This document shows, piece by piece, positions 36,430 through 42,542 of a DNA stretch of 42,542 nt. The position numbers and the translations under genes are program-made. The notes under the pieces are model-generated. The model was not told the DNA's origin and did not search any database. It saw only the letters and a program-made list of their open reading frames with translations. Each line of letters opens with the position of its first letter. Position 1 is the first letter of the stretch. Source of the DNA: Eledone cirrhosa (Eukaryota); the NCBI GenBank assembly GCA_964016885.1, contig CAXHJY010001415.1:1-42542 (forward strand), written 5' to 3'.

Positions 36430-39420
36430 TTTTATAGCAATATTTTATCCCAAGAACTCTGAGGATAAATCTCAAGGATCATAAAAGTAATTTTTGAACG
36501 GAACTGCCTGTTAGACTAATCGCCCCCTCTAAATCAGATCTGGGGGTTGTTAGTAAATCCATCCTGGATAGAATTATCCCACAGGTTCGTTCTAATTGCT
36601 CTATCTCTAACTTAAATTTATGGATTGGTACATCTGAAGTAATTGGCTGGTTCAATAACCTGAATAATAAAAACAAACAAAAATTTATTCAGTTTGATAT
36701 TGCCAGCTACTATTCTTCTATTTCGCCTTCACTCCTCAACAACGCTCTATCTTTCGCATTTAAATATTCTGACATTACCACAGATGAACTTTACATCATT
36801 CTCACCGCAAGAAAAACTATCTTGGAATTCAACAATGAATATTGGACTAGAGCTGATACTTCAAACAATTTTGATATCACAATGGGTGCTTCCGATTCAT
36901 CGCAATTGACTGATTTGATTGGTATCTTTATTTTGAATTCTTTAAATCGGAAAATTCCTCAACTTCGCGGTGGAATTTATCGTGACGATGCCCTTTTTAC
37001 TGTCTTAAACTGCAATTTAGTTAACCTTAATATTATTAAGAACAATATACGTGATCTATTTAAGCACCATAACCTTAAAATTGAATTTGATAACAACGTC
37101 AAACTAGCTAACTTCTTGGATATATCCCTTAATCTTGACACTGGTCTATATTACCCATACCATAAAAAAATGAGAATCTAAATTATGTTAATTTTAAATC
37201 TAACCACCCCACTAACGTTAAAAATGCTATAGTCAGTAATATTGAAAAAGAATCTTAAATCTATCCTCTAATAAAGATATCTTCGACGCTAATGCCAATT
37301 ACTATAATAATGCGCTTTACAAAGCCGGTTATCCTGATAAAATTAAATACAGTAAAGAAACCAATCATCGAAGGACTTATAGTAAAATAGTTAATTATGA
37401 ACATTCCAATAACTTAAATAAAAGACCTAGATACAAAAATATGATTTGGTATAATGCTCCTTTTTCTTTATCCATTACTAATAATATTCCTAAACTATTC
37501 TTTAGGGCCTTAGATAAATGCTCCCTCCCCCACATATCTATAGTAAAATCTTTAACAAACATACAATCAAATTTTCTTATTCCACCACTTCCAACATCTC
37601 TAACATTATCTCTAAACACAACAATAAAATATTAAATAATAAATTACATCCTTCCAACACTGAGCGTCATAATAATAGCAACAGTAATCCCAACGTCATT
37701 GTTAACTCTAGGCTAGATTTTGTAAATTTAAATACGACGTCAAACGTAACTTCATTGAATGTTCATAATACCAATCTAAATCAGGAAACTATAGTTCCTA
37801 TCGTAAATAACTTCTCCAATCCAATTCCTTCTATAAATAACACTAGGTCACTTGTTAATAACTCTGTTAATTTCTCTAATCGTAATTGTAATTGCCCTGT
37901 TAGAACTAAATGGCCTCTTAATAACCAATGTCTTGATAAAAACTTAGTGTATGAATGTAAGGTTATAACTGGTACTAATTCTTTTACCTATTTTGGTTCC
38001 ACTTCCACTTCCTTCAAAGCAAGATTTTATAATCACAAATCGTCTTTTAAATACCAACTTAAAAGAACTAACACGGCACTCTCAGAATTCACATGGTCCT
38101 TAAAGAACAAAAATATTAACTATAACATCTCTTGGAGGAAGGTTTGCAACGTCTTTCCTTACCTCAATTCTCCCCTATCCAGAACATGTAATCTCTACCT
38201 AGCTGAGAAATTTACCATTATATCTAATTTCAATTCTATAATAAATAGACGCACGGATTTATTTTCGCTCTGCTTGCATAAATCCCATAGAACATTCCAT
38301 AAAGTATGCAGCTAATATCTCAATACCTAATTAGTTTAAAATCTTCTTTTCTCAAAGGCTTTTATATCTTTTACAAATATACCCATCTTTCTACCTTATT
38401 TCAGTATTATATATTATACAATTTACTCATTCTATGTCGTTGTGATCCCCTATCTTTCTTCTTTTTATCATTTTTCTTCTCTTCCTTTTTTCTTTTTTAA
38501 TTTCTATTCTCTAATCTGTAACTTTTACTTCCTAATTACTTCTCAATTCATATTACTCACTACAGCATTATCCATTTTTCCATTTTTCCTCATATTATTG
38601 GCCATTAAAACTATATTTTAAAAAATATATTATAATATTACCATTAGAACATTTTTGTAAAATATATACTTTTTGACGTTAGATATTTTTTCTTCCTTAA
38701 ATTTTCATTTTTTTTCTCTCCTTCCGTGCTCGTTTTAAACCTACTATTTACTTTTACATATTACAATACATAAAAAAACAAATTTAAACCCTAACTAATT
38801 CCTCTAAGTTCATAATTCATTTATTCTTCTCCTTCTTTCAAATTATATCCTTAATATTTTAATTTTAATAATACATATTAATAAATTCTTTTTTTCACAG
38901 ATATTATTAAACCCTTCAATATACAAACCTTAAATTAATACTATTTTTAATTCCTTTTTCTTCAATCATAAACATCAACATCCATAATCCTCTTTAACTT
39001 TTAATTTCAAAATCTTTTAAATTATCTATTGTCTTCCAACGGTTTTTTAATTTCTCTGTGAGACAATGTTTTCTCAGTTGTAAAGGCTATTTCTCTCTCT
39101 CTATCACTCATTTCTCCTCCTCTCTCATCCTTCCTTCTTATACTCCTCCCCCACCATCCTTTATTTTTCTTTCTTCCTCTTCCTTACCTTTTCCTAACCC
39201 CTCCCCCTCATTTTTCCCAATCTCATATATCCATCTTACTTTATTTTTCATATGTTGATTTAAAATTTCATTGTTCACAAGTGCTTTTTAAGATTCATAT
39301 CATGTCTCCCTATTTTATCTGATGAGAACGCAGATATCATCCCATGATGATATTTGTTTTTGAAATGCGCATAATAAAATACTTGGAATTCTTTTAACCA
39401 TCTTTTGATCTTTTATTATA
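36430..39420 (+). mobile_element. Penelope-like element 2: 5'-truncated, frameshifted RT plus GIY-YIG endonuclease and pLTR
   Basis: PVRLIAPSKSDLG; FDITMGASDSSQLTDLIG; GGIYRDD; NFLDISL; IWYNAPFS; CNC...CL..NLVYEC...YFGST..SFKARFYNHK...T.LS..W..K...AEK...CLH (to 38315). Confidence 0.92.
39311..39381 (+). ncRNA. Minimal type I hammerhead ribozyme (pLTR), core intact
   Basis: TATTTTAT-CTGATGA-[GCAGATATCAT/ATGATATTTGT stem II]-GAAA-TGCGCA-TA^ATAAAATA; palindromic stem III; AUA cleavage triplet ending at 39373. Confidence 0.88.
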
Positions 39421-40115
39421 TATATATATATGTATAAATCCACACCATCCATTTTTTTGTATATTTAAAAAAATGCTTAGGTAAAGCTTTAGTTAATCCT
39501 TTAATAACCATCGGTCAAAATTTCAGTTGGTTTTTATATGAGAAATACATGAGTCCATCTCTCTCTCCTTTTCTTTTTTATCTTCTCTTTCTCTTATCTT
39601 CTCTCTCTACTTCTCTTTTCCCTCTCCCTTCCATTTACATTTATATACAGTTGTTACGTTTACCTTTCCTTCTCTGTATTATCTGCCGCCACCTTGACTT
39701 GTTAGCCTCTGCCCATCTCCCCTACTCTGTCTCCTCCTCTTTCTCCTTCCAAATCTTTGTTGCACTTCTTTCTCCCACTCCTCTCTTCTCTACTCCCTTT
39801 ACAACCTTCCTTCTCATCGATTCACCCCCTCTTTTATCTTTCCACACACAGTCACCCCTCCCAGCCCCCGCACCCCCCCCATGTCTTTACACTCAGCACT
39901 CTTTGCCATATGACCTAAGAGCACTATTTGCAGATTTAAATCTAATCCCCCACCAACACCTTCAGTGTTGTTATAATTATGACTTTATTTTTATATGATA
40001 CATATATATTATACAAAGATAACATTTAATATGTTTATTAAAGAGGTTTGCTTTGCCTTTCATCCCTACAGGTACGATAAAATAAAGTACTACTAATGCA
40101 CTGGGGTCGATTTAA

Positions 40116-40411
40116 CCCTTTAGTATTTAAATTACTTTATATATATTGTTGTTAGGTGGTGCTATTAAGTTAGACATGGCCTGGGCCAATACTGGCCGAA
40201 ACCTATCACGGTTATCAAAGTTATTGTATTTTCATGGTAAACACTTCATTTCACATAATTATCTCACATAATATCGAATCTACGAGATTTTGATATTATT
40301 TATTTTGAGAACAGTACCTTAACATAAGTATGAGCAACTGGCTATGGCTGGTTTGAACAAGAAGAGGTGAGAGAATTCTGGCCGGATAAGGCCAGTTTAA
40401 ATGTTAAAGGG
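40116..40411 (-). mobile_element. piggyBac-type MITE inserted in the TTAA of a family A SINE (40044-40115)
   Basis: SINE GGGGTCGAT TTAA|CCCTTTAG...AAAGGG|TTAA TTGA resumes the SINE consensus; internal insert of about 75 bp bounded by TATTGT. Confidence 0.85.
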
Positions 40412-40499
40412 TTAATTGAAGGGTTAATAGTTAGCAGTGGGGAATGGTGCACGGAGAGCATAGTAGCTAGAATAAGAAGTTTAGGGAACTGCTACCCCT

Positions 40500-41157
40500 G
40501 CTAACAACAAAAGGTTTCTCTCTATGAATAAAAGGTCAACAGTATGACACCTGTGTGCGAAGTGTGATGCTGCATGGTGCCGAGACGTCGGCAGTGAACG
40601 CAAAGGACATGCGGTGGCTGGAGAGAAATGATGCAAGCATGCTTTGATTGATGTGCAATGTTAAAGTGCAAGAATGACAAAGTATGGATCACCTGAGAGA
40701 GAAACTGAGTATAAGAGGAATCAAAGGTAGTGTGCTGGAGAGGAGACTGGACTGGACTGGTATGGACATATGGATGATGATCGCTGGGCGAAGAAGTGCC
40801 AATGGAAGGAAGCTGTAGTAGAAGATCACGGAAGATCTGGTCAGAGGTAATGAGAGTTGATCTTGAATCGCTAAAGCTTACAGAGGAGATTACAAAGAAA
40901 CGCAATGAGTGGAGAGATGATGTATTGAGGAGAACTTGTCTGACTCATGCAAGCATAGAACGTAAAATGATGATGATTGTGTATTAGGTTAAGTATAGGC
41001 ATGCTGTAACCCTGCATGTCATAAGAAGTGACGAAAAGAATTAGTGCCAGGAAGGGCATCTAAATGTAAAACATTGCCTCAAAACATCCCGTCCAACCCA
41101 AGCCAGCATGGAAAAGTCAACATAAAAACTATGATGATGATGATGATGATGATGATG
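40500..41157 (+). mobile_element. RTE LINE 3' fragments with (GAT)n tails
   Basis: Homologous to 28030-28460 (VMLHG.ET, LE.ND.SML.MCN, WYGH). Confidence 0.8.
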
Positions 41158-41290
41158 AAATATATTTTCAATGTATATAATATATAGTATATTTACGAAA
41201 TATATTATCTATGTATATAATATATAGTATATTTATGAAATATATTATCTATATATATAATATATAGTATATTTATGAAATATATTATCT
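41157..41290. repeat. 40-bp AT-rich tandem repeat, about 3.3 copies
   Basis: GAAATATATTATCTATGTATATAATATATAGTATATTTAT units. Confidence 0.9.
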
Positions 41291-41291
41291 A

Positions 41292-41781
41292 TCTTAACTA
41301 TAATAAAGAAAGGAGTGCGGGACTGCGTCCAGAATATATTTTTTTACTCCGTTTGTAAAATTAGTTGGATTACTTTGAATAAATAATGAATGGATATTAC
41401 ATAATTTATGTGCTAAATTTCGTGGCTGTTGATTAAATATATTTTATAGCTTATTTAAAGACCTTTAAAATTCAATTCTTTAAAATTTTCAAATGTCAAC
41501 ACTTCCGGTTAGCGGCCGTTATATTATAACACTTATAAAAATATCGCATATATTCCCGTCGCTAATTTTCTCCTAATGCAGTTTATATATAATATCGTCT
41601 TTTTTTAAATGTATCATGGATTACGTTACTGATTACATAAGACAGTGTAACACAGACTTCGTTCAATTACGATTATATTTGATGTATTATATATCTACAT
41701 GCATATATATTTGTGTATAATATCAATATACACACTACACACGCTAGCAGAAAACCGTCCATAGGATGGTTCTTCTGCTAG
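41292..41781 (+). mobile_element. Non-autonomous Helitron
   Basis: A|TCTTAACTATAATAAA 5' end; AACCGTCC ata GGATGGTT hairpin then CTAG|T. Confidence 0.75.
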
Positions 41782-41818
41782 TGTATATAATATATAATAT
41801 GTTTAAGAAAATATAATA

Positions 41819-42542
41819 TCTATCTATAATATTATAAAGCTGAGTGCCGTGTGTATGTATTATGTATGCATCCTACACACCTCCCTATAGTTTCTTAGCT
41901 TTACTCTCTCTATAATAGATCATTCCCTCTCTCTATAATTTAACTGCTTTACTTTCTCTGTCGCTCTTCACTCTCAAATATTATAAAGCTGAGCGTCGTC
42001 TCTGTCTCTCTCTCCTTCTTTCACCCTCTCTATAATTTATCTGCTTTACTCTCTGTCTCTCTTCACTCTCTATATGACAACACTCTTTTACTTTCCGTAT
42101 CTACCTTCAATATATCAATATATACCCAGGTTCTGCTGATGGGGCCAAACTCCTCAAATACCGGTCACTCTCCGACAGGTTTGCGGTCATACCCCTGGCA
42201 GTGGAGACTTCTGGTGTCCTCGGCCCCAGGGCTACCTACTTACTCACCACCATAGGCACTGAGCTGGCCAGCCGCAGGTGTGAGCCCCGTAAGTTGGAGT
42301 GGCTTTTCCAGCGTGTCTCCCTTGCCGTCCTCCGGAGAAACGCCTCCTCCATTCTGTCCACCGGGGCTGTGAGTGGGCCCCATCGCGTACCGTTGTAGTT
42401 GTTGTATACAGATATTAACTCATCAATCCCATTATTTATATCATATATCAACATAGAGATGAGCATCGTATGTATGTTTATTTCCTCCTTCAAATTCGGT
42501 CAACACACAAGCAGGTAAAACATACATCAAAAGGCAACCCTC
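41819..42542 (+). mobile_element. Probable Helitron 5' portion (runs off the window)
   Basis: A|TCTATCTATAATATTATAAAGCTGAG start followed by simple repeats, like the other Helitron 5' ends; 3' end not visible. Confidence 0.5.
42124..42398 (+). pseudogene. Second CRE-like restriction-like endonuclease C-terminal fragment, frame open
   Basis: PGSADGAKLLKYRSLSDRFAVIPLAVETSGVLGP...WLFQRVSLAVLRRNASSIL. Confidence 0.75.

Noticed and set aside
39058-39998. Hydrophobic and Pro/Ser-rich ORFs
   Set aside because: Low-complexity CT-rich sequence without splice or motif support
40150-40222. GGCC...GGCC-GAAA-CC..GG-TT insert resembling half a hammerhead
   Set aside because: No CUGANGA core or stem I

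Overview
AT-rich, repeat-dominated eukaryotic DNA with no prokaryotic operon structure. The SINE and RTE repertoire looks cephalopod (octopus-like), which is an inference. Contents: two decayed Penelope-like retroelements (RT with YRDD plus GIY-YIG endonuclease), with three clear minimal type I hammerhead ribozyme motifs in pLTR-like segments that end at (TA)n, and further degenerate hammerhead relics in short non-coding repeats; one near-full-length RTE LINE (APE, RT, PHD finger) plus many RTE 3' fragments; tRNA-derived SINEs; TTAA-specific piggyBac-type MITEs; Tc1/mariner-type and hAT MITEs; non-autonomous Helitrons, two of which carry the same end of a CRE-like restriction-like endonuclease ORF; long foldback palindromes; and tandem repeats. 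Host candidates: two phase-compatible plus-strand exons (14093-14208, 17915-17986) that could encode a 48-aa protein, two minus-strand exons (1941-1834, 1571-1513) ending in a hydrophobic tail, and a GC-richer, strongly folding unique segment at about 7230-7580. Most ORFs in the supplied track are repeat artefacts.
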